DNA of 64,000 nucleotides. It comes from Anthoceros angustus (lineage: Eukaryota; Plantae; Anthocerotophyta). The notes below the pieces were generated by a model. That model had not been told where the DNA came from, did no database searches, and worked only from the letters and a program-made list of their open reading frames with translations. How positions within the stretch are numbered: the first letter of the stretch is position 1; each line of letters opens with the position of its first letter. Shown here piece after piece: positions 11,701 through 24,900 of this stretch. The position numbers and the translations under genes are program-made. The DNA lies in the NCBI GenBank assembly GCA_010909165.1, contig MU008158.1:1327478-1391477 (forward strand), in the 5' to 3' direction.

Positions 11701-14700
11701 GCGCCATCAGTCCGATCCACGGTGAGCCGCTTCTTGTCCCACGGAGGACCCACGCAGCGTTTGAACAAGCCGGCCCCATTCGAATTCCTCGGGTTGTCGA
11801 ACTCGCTTGATGTCTCTCGAGTAGGAAGGCGTTCACTCGGATCGCCCGATTGTGCTTGGAGGTGGATCAAGCGGTTCCCGCTCCACAGAGCGTCGAACTT
11901 CCGGAGGCGGGGACAAAAAAGTCGCGGGGTTCCAATCTCCACAACAACCGCGTTGAAGCGTGGCTCCTCATCTCCTCCACAATGTCAACCACATGCGCGC
12001 TCCTTAGCGCGTGGTGCGGCCCGAGCCCAGTCGGTTCGCAGCAACCCACCAATTCTTCGTCCCATTGATGGAGTTCCGTCTCAATGGTAAAGGGCCTCCA
12101 TCGTGCACAAGCGGGCGATGTCGTAATCCTCTCCAAAGCATTCAAGCTCCGGTGCCTCAGCATCACCATCGTCGAGCCGAGTCCAAATGTCGAACATCGA
12201 CCTCTGCGTTCGGTATGCCTTGGCGCAAACATAATCCCGGATCACGAGGCGGGAGCATGTTCCCATATCCACACCTCTTGCCTTTGGGCGTGAAGTTGCC
12301 GTCTCCACTGCGCTCGGGTTCCACAGGGCAGAGTCATTTCCGCTAGTGTCCGGTGGGAGTTCAGCCTCGGCCCACGGACACGTTTTCTTCATTCGGTGCT
12401 CCCCGACTATACTTGCCCGGCCCAACAGCAAGGATTCTCCGATCGCTTCCGGCTCGAGGGAATGCGTAATGTCAAGGTCCTGTGTATTCGGGCTTCGCCT
12501 TGCCAGCGTCGATGGAGCAGTTCATTGCACTGGATGTACCACAATGGAAGCGGTACATGCGGGTCCTAAAAAGTCATGTTCGTCAAAGAGCAAGACCAGG
12601 AGGAGCATGGCCCTTTGGGTATGTGGCCATGGAGGCCATGCATTATGCCGTGAATACAGCGACATCCTTCCCGAGCATGCCACACTATATAATTGCCATT
12701 TGCACAAAGAGGAGTTGTTGGTTGGGCAAGCAAAAAAGACACTCCACCCGGACCAGCGCAAGCGCCTTCATTGGTACCTACTCATTCAAGTCCTCGCGCC
12801 AATGAGAAGTAGACACGCTATGGAGGGCTCGGATGGCGTGGATTTCATGATGTGGTTGCGAGTCCTTGCGGTCGACCGGAGAAGGCAAATAGACCAACAG
12901 AGAGAGGTCGCTCGCAATTGCCACGCGCAGGCATTTGGCGTTGGAATGGGGAGTTATGCAAGGTTCGCCCTGGTTGATGTTGCTCCACCCGTGCTACCAT
13001 GGACGGTGGAGGTGACGGTCCGGCCTGGCCGCTGGATCCTCGCGGTCCCGGTCGATGGAGGGGCGGCTGGTGAGGGGCCCGGTGATTCTGCGAGTCCAGC
13101 GGTGCTTCACCCACCCGATCATGGAAGTTTGGATGCTCGTGAACAAGGGAGGCGGGCGACAATGGCGGACTTCTGGACACCGCACGTAATTGCCGCCAAG
13201 GCATGAAGGAGCATTGCAGCCTCTTTTGACATTGACGGTGCGGTGATCAAAGTCGGATTACGCCACAATAGCTCGCTTCATGTCCAAGAGTCGTTCAACA
13301 TCTCGGACGGCGCTATGAACAAGATTTTCTATGTGATACACTGTTGCTTTTGCCCAAGCCGAACACGCTTCCAAGTAGCCGAGCGAAGCACATAAGATCC
13401 CGCCACTGTCTCAAGTGTTTCGCGTACCCGGCTTGCCATTGTAGTATATCTTGGGGTGACGGGCGTGCAACCGCCACCGATGCGGACTTGCGCGGCGGAC
13501 TGTGGAGTGGGCGGAACAACCGAGTGCCTTTAAGACATTCTTTCACTTCCCACTTCTCTGGGCTCCAACGGCTTTTCAAGTGTCCGACCGCAAGTGAAAT
13601 GACATGGTGGGCAAAGAACCGCCGGATGGGAAGGCGAGGATTTTAGCGAGATACACCGGCGTGGAGTACTTGATGGCGTGGATGATTTGGCAATGACCAT
13701 AGAAACCGTCTCGGCATTGCAATGCGGATGGGGTGAACCCGGCATCGATCAAATGCAAAATCAATCGGCTGTTATGTTGATCATTCATAACCTTCCTCCT
13801 TGGGTGTCGACGAAGGAGAGGATACTCTTATCTTTGATTATCCCGGCCACGCCAGTCCCAAACTTTGATGTTTACCTCGAGCCATTGATTTTGATTACGA
13901 CAATTATGGCATGGCATCCCTTGCGAGGATTACGGCAAGCCGTGGCGATCCAACCCGCATTTCACTCTCGGAGCACTTATTATGGCCACATGTGACTACC
14001 GGGACTAGGGACGTTGTTTGGGCTTGGTCGAGCGGCTTGTATTGAGTGCTGCAGGTCTTGGTGCGAGGTGGTGCAGATCTCGACAAATGTTTGTTTGAGG
14101 GGCATCGCGGTGGGTCGGGCATGGATGACCACGCCGTAGTCGAAAAGCGAGGCTTTTCAACAACAAGCCGAGGATCGTGTGCACCGTCGTGCGGACGTAA
14201 TTGCGGAAATGGAGCGTTGGAGCATTGCGGTGCCGACGATGCGACATGGCGTATGGGGAGTGACTAGGATGGTCTAATCTTGCGTGCTTTTGCCTTACTT
14301 GTGTTTTACACACAAATTATGGATAAAGGACATTATGCATGTGGAGGTAAATAAGCGCAAAGCAATATGGTCCACCTTAAGTGGCAAAAGTGACACCATT
14401 GGCTGCAGGCGGTTGGAAGAAATTGACTCAAAGCCACGGCTATGGGCAATGGAGGATGAGGATGCTATCGCACGATGCCTCGTATGTCCTATTGCCGTGA
14501 TTTCCAGCGGTCAAGGGCGAAATAAGAGATATGAGGCCTCTGGGTTTTGCAAATTTGAAGGCGTGTTTCTTGGCCCGAAAGTCACGGAATGAAAAGCCAT
14601 GATTGGCATTGCATTGCGGTACTATCGCCCATTGCCTTACGGGGCGTTTGCCACCTCGCGAGTTCCAAGTTGTGAAGCGCCTCGGATGTATAGATGGTTG

Positions 14701-15650
14701 TGCTCCAAGGAGATTGCGATCGATATTCGCGGATGAAGTTGGAGGTCATAGACATCATGGTGTCCTTGGAAATGCACATGCCATCAACTTTCGGAATAGC
14801 ATGCGACATCTTATTATACACCTTGTGAAGTGGAACGCATGGAGCAGTTCATTGCTGGATGTACCACGTGGAGCGGTACATGCGGGTCCTAAAAAGTCAT
14901 GTTCGTCAAAGAGCAAGACCGGAGGGAGCATGGCCCGGGTATGTGTGGCCATGGAGGCCATGCATTATGCCGGTGAATACGCGGACATCCTTCTGAGCAT
15001 GCCACACTATATCGTAGAAATTGCCATTTGCACAAAGAGGAGTTGTTGGTTGGGCAAGCAAAAAAAGACACTCCACCCGGACCAGCAAGCGCCTTCATTG
15101 GTACCTACTCGCATTCAAGTCCTCGCCAATGAGAAGTAGACACGCTATGGAGGGCTCGGATGGCGTGGATTTCATGATGTGGTTGCGAGTCCTTGCGGTA
15201 GATGGGCTGACCACCGGAGCGAGATGACGTCATAGCTCATCGTGGGGCCCAAGGACTGGTGAAGAGTTATCGAGGCTTGAATACAAGGGGGTACCATTTT
15301 AGATCACTGGACGGTGATGAAGGTCGGACATCCACTCAGGATAGTTGGGTTTACGGTCATTTGAGATGGTAGGTGCCGTGAAAACAGTTCTTTGGCGGAT
15401 ATTGGAGATCCTTGAAGTGGAGTGTGAAGGAGGAGACTTTCGGACAATCATATTGAATGTGCATTGGTACCAATGTTCGGTGTGAAAGAGCCACCATCCA
15501 TGGTGCGTGATTTTCGGTTGTTCGGGAGTTGACACGGTACCCGTGCATGTCGGAACCATCAAGCAGGCCCTACACTTTCCGGCATGTAACTCAAGTGTTT
15601 GCTCATCGGGATGTAATGCACGCAACAAAGTGGATGATATGCACACCGAC
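8710..15650 (+). mobile_element. CACTA/En-Spm Tnp2 transposase pseudogene, several overlapping partial copies; most contiguous copy ~13115-15650
   Basis: Frameshifted Tnp2-family motifs: RNLRLGIAADGVNP, MLIIHNLPPW, NFDVYLEPL, DIMHVE, GMKSHDWHCLLQYYLPIALRG, HLIIHLV, ERYMRVLKSHVRQRARPEGSMA, followed by DUF4216-like sequence at 15240-15640. No intact termini found. Confidence 0.85.
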
Positions 15651-17756
15651 GCCGGTGGGACCGCTCGTGTGAGCCCTTAGAAGCATAAACTTTGATGTTC
15701 TAATAGGCGTGGGGGATATGCACAGCTTGTATTGCCAGGTGGGACCGCTCGCGCGGGCCCACGGAAGCAGGAAATTACCATGCTCTAACATCCATTATGA
15801 CACGACGCAGGCCATGTGTGTAAGGTCACGATCATAAACAATGATGACAGACAGAATGGCAGACATGTGCGGAGTGTATACCATTTTGACCACTCACCGT
15901 TCGCTCGTTCTTAACGCTTGCTCCGGCGCAAGTCTCTCCTTGTGCCACGTTTGGATAGAAGTAGTAGCTGAAAGCTGGAGTCCGAGTTTAGAAGCCAGGG
16001 ACCATCCGGACCATGCGAGTTTAAGATGACGGAAGCAATTTGGCATGCTATTTCTGCCAAAAAACAGGTAACGAGTCCTTGAATAAAGACCACAATTGGG
16101 CTTCCGAGTTGATTCTAGTAGGCACTTTGGTCCTCTAGGAATGGCGGAGTGGGACGTCGATGGGACCGAGTTGGAGCTTGCATTGCGGCTTAGCTTGTAC
16201 GATGGTGTCGCGAGGAATTACACCGTTGGGTGCGGGGCAGTGGCAAGCAATTGTTGTCACCGTGAGAAGAGGGTGGCGGCAAAGGCGGAGCACGGCGATG
16301 AAATGCTCCACCCGTGGTGTGGACCGGCAGCATCACGCCTTTGTCGGGCCGAAGTGAGGGATGTTCAAAATTCTTTTCGGACGGTGTGCATGCGAGGAAA
16401 TGCTGCCATCTCTGGAGGCAACCCGTGACCAAGATGGGAGCCCTCCGGGGCTGGGCAAATTTACACCAAGCCCGGTTAGGGCCGCAACCTTAACAAGGGT
16501 TCCCATAGAAGGCTCCTTGGAGGAGGAGGAGGAGATTACGCCAGTGTGGCGGGAGCAAAGGACCAGACGCCGGGGGCGTGTTGATGATGATGACAAGGTA
16601 AGAGTACACATCAGCGACGCATAGTCTACCCACTTTACGCCCCTTGTCGGTGCCGCTGTTCATATTTGGTGACGCGCGCTCTTGTTTGATTGCAAGGGGC
16701 ACTCCGTGGTGTCGACGGCCGCAGAGACAATGGTCAGGGGAAAGGGGACCATTGTTGATGAATTATTGTCCGGAGGACATGTAGGCGACGAGACGGGTGT
16801 GTATCCGATTGAGGTCGATGGCGATTACGCGTGGGACGGAGAGGGATACTGCGAGGATGATTTTGACGAAGACACAGGCAAGCACTTGGAGGCGGTTTGC
16901 GGAGGCGGAGACATCCCACATCCGCCCTCTTGTTCAAGCTTTTTACAATATTTTGCCCACAATTGCACTAACAGATGTGTTGAAGGCAGTTGCTAGGGTG
17001 CATAAGTCTGGTGCTACACAACGCGAATTTGCTGCGAGGCCAAATCGCTACTTGGTAGCGATCATGTGGACGAGGAAGCCATATTTGGAGGTGTTGGAGG
17101 GACACAAGAGCACCTTCACAAGCGGATCACAGGCGATTCACTCAAGGTGCACTCTTGAAGCCATGGTCAAGCACACGGTGAGTTTGGCGGAACTTGTGGA
17201 TCTTGTCAGAGGACTTGTCCAAGTGTCACGAACCGGGACTTCATCAACCACCAGTTCTCTGTCTCTTCCAGTGGGTGGAATTTCCGAGTTTTGAAGCGCG
17301 TGAAGGTGGCGGCGCTCAATTGCGAGAGTATGGGAGAGTGTTGGACCCTGATATCAGACTAGGGTCTGTGGGTATCGATGCGTGGCAGGAGGCAGTGGAG
17401 TTTGGCGCCGACATGCTTGTGCCTATTTCTTCGCTGCGGTTTGGCATGCTACATGCCAGTGTGCAATACTCACATGGGTTGTAGATGCCGTTGGCGTGCT
17501 TCCGTTCATATGGGCGCTAGCACGCTGCTGCCCAACCATATCAGTACAAGTGTAGGGGCACCGGCCTGCCGGCGCCCCTCCTCTCTGTGAACCTGTGGCC
17601 GCTGGACCTTTTGCAAGGGTAGGGGCACTTGAGATGCTGGCATGTTGGCATCCCCGTAAGACTATATATTATCTTCTTTCCATTATCATGTTATAGTTGG
17701 ATAGAATGTGCAATAGCGTATGGTTTAATACTCGTCTGGTTTCCATCCCTACACAG

Positions 17757-18860
17757 ATTTACAAAGGGACGTTGGCATCACATAGGATACAACTAAGCAA
17801 TGAGAGGGACAAAGCTGCAAAGCACCAGTCCAAAAGTTATAATCAGCCCCACAAGTATATGCTGCTTGCTATAGATGGCATGGACTAGAAGAAGACATAG
17901 CTCCTTCATTTCCTTCGATATCCCAAAGAGTTGTCTGAAGCATCACTTATTAATGTTCATGTGGTGGGTTGTATGATACATAATTACACTTTTAAAGCGG
18001 GGGCATATTTACACTATGCGAATCTGCACAATGACGCCAATCTCACTATCAATATCATTCAAGATGTCATACGCTCGTCGACCTTCAAGTGTTCGTTAAA
18101 ATAAAGGTTGGGTTCCTATTGGTTGGTCATACACATGATCAGGTAGATCAAATGTTTTCTTGTCTCTCGAAGCTTCTTAGGCACAAAGAAGCGTTTACTA
18201 TTGATACACTTTCGGAAATATTGACAGCGGCTTTCACCCCAACACTTGAAGTTAAGGCAATAAAAGAGGTGGCAGATTTCCGGTCTTATGTATGGCCCGT
18301 CAAGAAAGGTACAAGAGGATATGCTTATAAGGCGGCAATGAACCAGTTGAACAATATGTCCTTCCAACATCAATTTAAAATCACGAGGGAGGCACGGCAG
18401 GACCGAGGACAGGTTACCGTCATTCGAAGTAAGCAGTACTCAACCTCCACTTAATGGGAACCAGAAGACGATTTGGAATTTTTGAAATCTGTTCCAACCA
18501 ACACCGTAGGCCCCACTCCACCAATGCCCTGAAGGCGAGAGACAAAAAGGGTCAAGATGGGGGTCTTTCGCCTGCAGCAGGTGTGGCGCACTTGGAGCAT
18601 GGAGTACTGAACTTGGCCATGTATATCACATCAGCGGAGAGGGTGTAGTGGAAGTTGTTTTGGGTCAACCAGGAAGGAATTGCCACTATTGTAGAGAACA
18701 ATATTGCTCTTGTACTTAAACAGCCGTGGAGGTGGTACAACAGAGAAGAGGTGGAGGCAAACATTCCGCCACTTCAAGTGCCCGAGGAGGTTGTACTTGA
18801 TGAAACATTACTCAGAGAAGTTCCTCAAATAAGAGATATGTATTTGGGAGCATACTAGAA
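17757..18860 (+). mobile_element. Decayed DDD/E transposase, Sola-like (DUF7869-type)
   Basis: Motifs LLAIDGMD*KKT, DANLTINII and VGFLLVGHTHDQVDQMFSCLS, with in-frame stops and frameshifts. Confidence 0.6.
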
Positions 18861-19447
18861 TGCGGTCTACAACAATAAGAGATAGAAAGAATGAATGGAG
18901 ATGTCAAGAAGATAAGGAAGGGTATGTTTATTGCAACTCTATGTTCGAGAGATACACATAACCTTACGGATTGGGAAGGTGGAAGCGTAGACTTGAGTGT
19001 GTGAAGCCATTTCTGATGGTCCATTGATATCGGTGAAACTGCGATGCTTTTGAAGGAAATATGTTGAAGAGTTCTTTGTTAGAGGACGAGATAAGCGCCA
19101 AATGCAAAATGGGAAGAAGGTGGGAAGAGGATCTTACCCAAAACATTCAAAACTATATGTGGATAAGACTATTATTCTCTACTATGGGTTCAACCTGAAT
19201 GGAAGGAAGCACCTTTACACTTCCGACAAGAAGCTATTCGAGATAGACTAAATCATATTCGACCTTATCTGCGGCCTGGAGAGGAGGACAGCGACCAGGA
19301 AGTGGATGGCGGAGATCCTTTAGTCGGCTAATTGATCAGACTAGAGCTTTGCGATCTTTTCTTGAAGATACAAGCGTTATATTTTTACTACTAGTTTTAT
19401 ACTCAACCGGTAGTTGGTAGTTAGGTTGGCGGTTCAATTCTCATGCG

Positions 19448-19692
19448 TTTGGACATCTCTGTGTAATGAAGGCATTTTGCGGGTCGATACGTCTACTAGT
19501 TTCTACCAGTTGTATTGCATATGTACAGTGGAGGCGTCGGCATGCCGGCGCCTCCACTGAAAAAAGCTACCCAGCGCGCTTCACTCCTAATACATTTGGA
19601 CGTTTGTATATAGGGAAGGCATTTTGCGGTTCCATGCGTCCACTAGTTCCTACCAGTTGTATTGCATATGTACATGCCGGCGCCTCCACTGA
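19448..19692. repeat. Two diverged direct copies of a ~100-110-bp unit ending CATGCCGGCGCCTCCACTGA
   Basis: 19448-19560 aligns with 19594-19692. Confidence 0.75.
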
Positions 19693-20074
19693 CATGAGCT
19701 ACCGAGCGCTATGTGAACTGACGCCTCAACGGACACCCAACTAAGTCAACTCTCTGTCCTGGATAGCCTACTCATGCTTTTAGGTCCACCGTAGGCATAC
19801 TTTGGGTAATTCTTATTTCCGTTAACCCATTATTGGAGAGTTTACTTCTTGAGCATCTAATCACACCACCATAACATTCCCCCCTAGCCCAGTTGAATAA
19901 CCCCATCTAGAAATATAATGTGTAACTGTTCTGGTGGAAAAATCAATAGAACTGTTGATTCCATGTGGGCACCAATTACTGTGTATGTGCTCCGTTTGCG
20001 AGCTGGCATATCTAAGGGCGCCAGCATGTGGCCGCCACTTCTCAGCACTCACCTAACAATAAGGTGGTTGCGAT

Positions 20075-20305
20075 AATTGGAAGACATATGACGTCGACAT
20101 GCCGGCGGCATATTCTATATAGTGTGCCACAACAAAAACATTCCCACCCATTACTACATTTTCAATTCCTAGTCTCTTCTCCATTACTCTTTACTCCACT
20201 CTCAAAATTGTTTTTCCTTTGATAGCACTCATCCACCAAGAAGGTGGGTCCCGACAATTGCAAAACATACACCGCCGGCATGCCGACGTCATATGCCTTC
20301 CAATT
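20075..20305. repeat. 34-bp inverted repeat (32/34 identical) enclosing ~160 bp; MITE-like or transposon subterminal structure
   Basis: 20075-20108 AATTGGAAGACATATGACGTCGACATGCCGGCGG is the reverse complement of 20272-20305 with two mismatches. Confidence 0.75.
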
Positions 20306-21920
20306 TTCGGGAACATGAAAACACTGACTCCCACCATTATATTTTGATTTTCCATGCTATTCTCCATTACTCATTACCCCTGCCTCAAAATCGTATTTCC
20401 AAAACCAGTTACCATTTAAGTAATGAATGAATAGCAAATAGCATCTCATGTGGCATCTTTGCTTCCACAAACACGGTATCACGTATGGGCATTATTTCAT
20501 GCTAAATGAGTGGCTATCGAGGCTTTATATCCCTTTATGAGCCCAACTCATGTCATGTTCCCGGCTTTCTAGTTACACCATAAGCGTACTTTTTGACAAA
20601 ATTTTGTAGAAAGCGGCAGGAACAGCCAATTCGTGCCCATGTTGCCGTCGATTACAAGTATAATGAGTGGAAAAGTCGCTTCTTGTTTATTCCGCCGGAA
20701 TGAATATTACGGTGTTATGAATGATAGTTCACATGTTGTGCAGCATTGACCATATACCAAATTGAACATAGCATTAGACCTACATGATGCATCATTAAAG
20801 CAACCTCCTCTCGAATTTGTCACTGCAACTGCGGGAACAACAATAAAGATTTTCAAAGAAAGGGACAAAATTGGCATTTGGAACAAAAGTCATAGGGTGC
20901 AAGCCTAAGATTTGCTTCTTCTACGAGAATTCGTCCAGCAATATGCCATATGTAAAACGATAGTCACTTAATATCGAAGTGAGACCCACCTAGTCAAAAA
21001 TGTACTTTGCGGCCATTATAGCTAGCCCCCAAGAGCGTATGAAGCGGTTGATGGTGGAGATAATCACAATCTTTCTTCAGCAGAGCAGCCAAAGACTTGT
21101 AAAACTCTTTTAGATCAATAACATGCTCTATGACCTGGCCAAAAGAACTAGGAACTTACATATTATACGTACAACTGCTTCAGTGACATACCATGTTTTG
21201 AACAGCATAATTCAGGTCTTTTGTGATGAAACAACCTCTAGGAAAATTACAACATCAAATTGTTGTTCTTCCTCAACCAGATTCTTTGCAGGAAGAGTAT
21301 AGTTTGATGAAAGCCTTATCCGCAAAAATCTTGGCCACGTATCATGATGCTTATAAAATAACAAAGTCAGAAGCAGTGCAATCCTACTAGGAGTGCTATA
21401 TCTATAACATATTGTTGAAGTTGGCGGGTCTCTTGCCTGGACAAAAATGTAGCATCAGATTTTCACCAGCATAATTCTTCACCTTAGCGAAATATGAACA
21501 GGACATGGTTGATCAGCTCCCGGGTTATGTAGACATACAACATGTAGCGACAACCCTTCATTTTCCTCCCTTCATCCACACCCATCACTTGTCCTCTAGG
21601 TCTTGCAAGCGGCTGCAAAACCCTTCAAAGTCTTCACCTCACTCTTGCCTTTACGAGCATGGCAATACAACATGATGACCAATCACAAAGGAAACACACC
21701 TCACAAGCAAGACCACCACTACAGCCAGCATCTAGGATTGCCATGCCTTCCAAAGGTCTAGCACAACTTGGATTGATCTTTACATTACAATAAGGCAAAC
21801 AGGTTGAGTTAAGATGAAAGCATACCATTTCGCGATCTGGATGTGGTAGCTAAATTCTAATACCTAAAGTGCTTGCATAGAGCTGTCAAATGAAGGATAT
21901 TTTGGTTGGTTGCATGACAT

Positions 21921-24900
21921 CTTTGTGACTTCGGACGACCGGTATGATCCGTGTCGTTGTAGTAAGGAGTCCGTTCAGAGAATGATAAGCTCCGTTTGCA
22001 GCGTCGGCGGACCGTTATCATAAGCGTTTATTTGCGGCTGTTGGTGAACGTTATGAGTAGTTAGGCCTAAGCAGCGATGAGTGTGTTAAAGTTGAGCGGA
22101 CGCAAAGTAGAGACCCGTTTGCGTCCGTATCGTTCCGCCGTCACTCGTCCCTTTAGTCCGTTCCTCTCATTACTCTCACTCGCTCATCAACCTTGGAAAG
22201 AGCATGAGTGGCTACGATCCGGACCTCCTCCGTTGCTCAGCCGGGCCTCTCGTCAGACTCTGCCCGCCCTCCGGAGTTCCTCCGGCTCACACGTTCGGTC
22301 GCTCCGGCACTTTGCTCTGGGCGAACACGGGTCCCCGATCGCTCTTCCACACACCACCACCACGTTAGGGTCGTCACGGGACCTTGATCGATCTCTCGGG
22401 CTGTCGTGCACCTTTCGGTGACTCGGGACTCACGTTAACATGAAGACACACAAAGGTGCAAGCGGCATCAACACCAAGAAGATGATTTATTCGAGGCTCG
22501 GCCCTCTTATACTACGCCCAAGTCGGCGTCTTTATTACACCCTATTACTGGTGGCCATTTCGATGCATGTCGGCCGCCTACCATCCTATTCCTCCCCTCC
22601 TATCTCCTTCGTCGGTGGGCTGGGAAGGTCACAGGTTCCGTCTCGGTATTGGTGGTCCAATCTCCCGTCACGGCGATTGCGGCGCAATCGGATGATCGCG
22701 GTAGACCCCTTCCTCTTCCGGAATCACATCGGGTTGGGCTCGTGGCGGTCGGCCGCCCGTTACCTAACGTCTTCCCCAGCCCCGGTGGGGTCCCCTCGTG
22801 GGGCCGTGGCTGCTCCCGGCGTAAGTCGGAGGGACTCCTCCTTGCTTCTGAGTCGGACCTCGGGGTCGGTCTCGACTCAGTCGAACTTGAGTCGCCTTAT
22901 TTTACTATTGGGACCTCTGAAAAACAAAACCCACTTATTTCCTGTCCCGTCAGTCCGGTCTCATCTCGGGGTTCGGACCTCGGGGTCCAAACTTATTGTC
23001 CGGTCCCCAAGCTCCGGACCCTTGTCTGCGGACCTCTTCTTGCTAGGTCCTCATCCCTACCCAGGCCCTTGTCTTGGGTGGGTTGGCTTCCTCCTCGCCT
23101 CTGGGCCGCCTCTATCCTCCGGCGGGTTGCGGTGGACTTACCACGAGATCCGTTGTATTGGCGCGTCTGCTCCTCCAGGCTCTTCTCCCCATGCCGTCGT
23201 CTCCAAGCAGGGGCCACTAGGGGTCCCGTCTTTGTCCCCATGCCCTTCATCCTTGAGCCTTGGGGTCCGTCCATTTGTGTGGGAGGCTTCAATGCCTTAA
23301 GGAGCTCGGCGTGGTAGTAGGCAAAATCCGAGTCAATTTCTTTGGATTGCCTCTTCCACATGTGCGGAGCACCGATACTCCCTTCGCCATTGGTGCTCGG
23401 GAGGCGTCTTTGTCCGGCTTCTTGGACCATCTCCCCAGTTCGTTGGCGGGCCGGGCGAATCTCGCGAGGCCACAAGGGCCGCCTCGGTCACCTCACTGCA
23501 GCCTTGTTGCTCACTTTGCTCCGGCTCCGTCGTTTCCGCTCTGCGCGGCTTACACCGCCATAGCGCGGCGCTCCCTTCCGCCTTCCTCCTCCGGACCCGG
23601 CTTCTTTTGCGTCCGGTGCTCTCGCTCCCGTTCATTACGGCCGTTAGCTCGCCATCTCCCTCTCCGGGCGGTCGGGCAACTCTGCCCGGTGCGTGCTTCG
23701 AGTCCTTCTCCATTTCGGCGGCGTCACGCTCCTTGTTCCATCGCCTTACCTCCTCCGTCCAGCAGGCCGCTCTATCTCGTTCGTGATCGTGATCACGCCT
23801 GCAGATACCATTCCTCTCAATGGTAACTTGGGCTGCGACTCGGTCTCTTTGCGGTCTTCCATCTCCGCCGTTGCTCCACCTCGCGCAGCGGTCAGGAGAT
23901 CCTCCATCTCCTTGTCGCGGGCTTCCTTCTCCTCGGCATGGTGGCCCGCACTGCTCGCCGCCTCCTGCTCCTTCTTGAGTTAGCGCGGCTATCCTGCCGT
24001 CTCCCTCCACGGTTCGATCACGCCGATAGTGATCGCGGTCGATCTTAGCGGCTTCCGCCTCCTCGCCGCCTTCACAGGCCCGCCCTTGGCCTTGGTCGCC
24101 GCCTCGGCCAGTCGCGAGCCTTCTGCTTGCGCCCGGCCTCCTCGCCTCTGCTGCGCTACCCCTCTCCGCTGCGGTCTTGACCAGCTTGGGCCTCACATGC
24201 ACCGGCTCACCCGGTGAAGGAATTTAGTCAGTCTGTCGAATGGACGGACTTCCCTTCGGCCTCCGGCGTTTCCCTTCTTGATGCGGCCGAGAGCTTCGCC
24301 TTCCTCCTCGCCTCTGGGCCGCCTCCAATTGCTCTGGAGGAGCACCATCGCCTCTGGTGGCTTCTACTTCACAGGTCTTCTCGGCATCCCATGAGACCCC
24401 AGGCATCTGTCCATGGCGGTAGCGCCGTGTCTCTTCCACGGCCGCCACCGTGAGGCCCCAAAGTCCGTAGTGGGAGGCGGGCATCTCACGGTCCGCCAAG
24501 GACCTCCATGCATGATCGGGAGCAAGTCGGTGGGTTCTCGGACCTAATCGGGTCCCTTAGGTCACGATTGCCGAGTCAGGAGCTTCACCTCCTTGGCCCT
24601 CTTGGCGCCAATTCCTTATTCGCCCTCTTAGTCACAGGGCTCGGAGGGTGAGGGGTTCGAGGCGGCCTTGCCTCTCCCGGTCGGCGGCAGGCCCAGCTCG
24701 AGTGGGGTTCTTGCGGTGACCTCCTGCTCCTTGGGCGTCCTACGCTCTTCTCACGCCTCTTGACCTCTTGCCACTCCGTGGGCGGGGCAAAACCTGAGCA
24801 CCGCTGGTCTTTGCGTTGGCGGGTGGCACCGTCTTCCGCCTCTTGATTGCCGGCGAGTTCGTCGGGGCTCCTCTGCTTGCCGTTGTGGTGGTGGGTATGT

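Noticed and set aside
2341-20424. CATTAC (2341) ... GTAATG (20424) as termini of one large CACTA element
   Set aside because: Only 6 bp of inverted match, not CACTA/G, and the 3-bp flanks (GTT vs AAT) are not a TSD.
22440-24202. 200-290-aa ORFs as host genes
   Set aside because: They lie inside the insertion, are GC-driven, overlap in several frames and carry no recognisable motifs.
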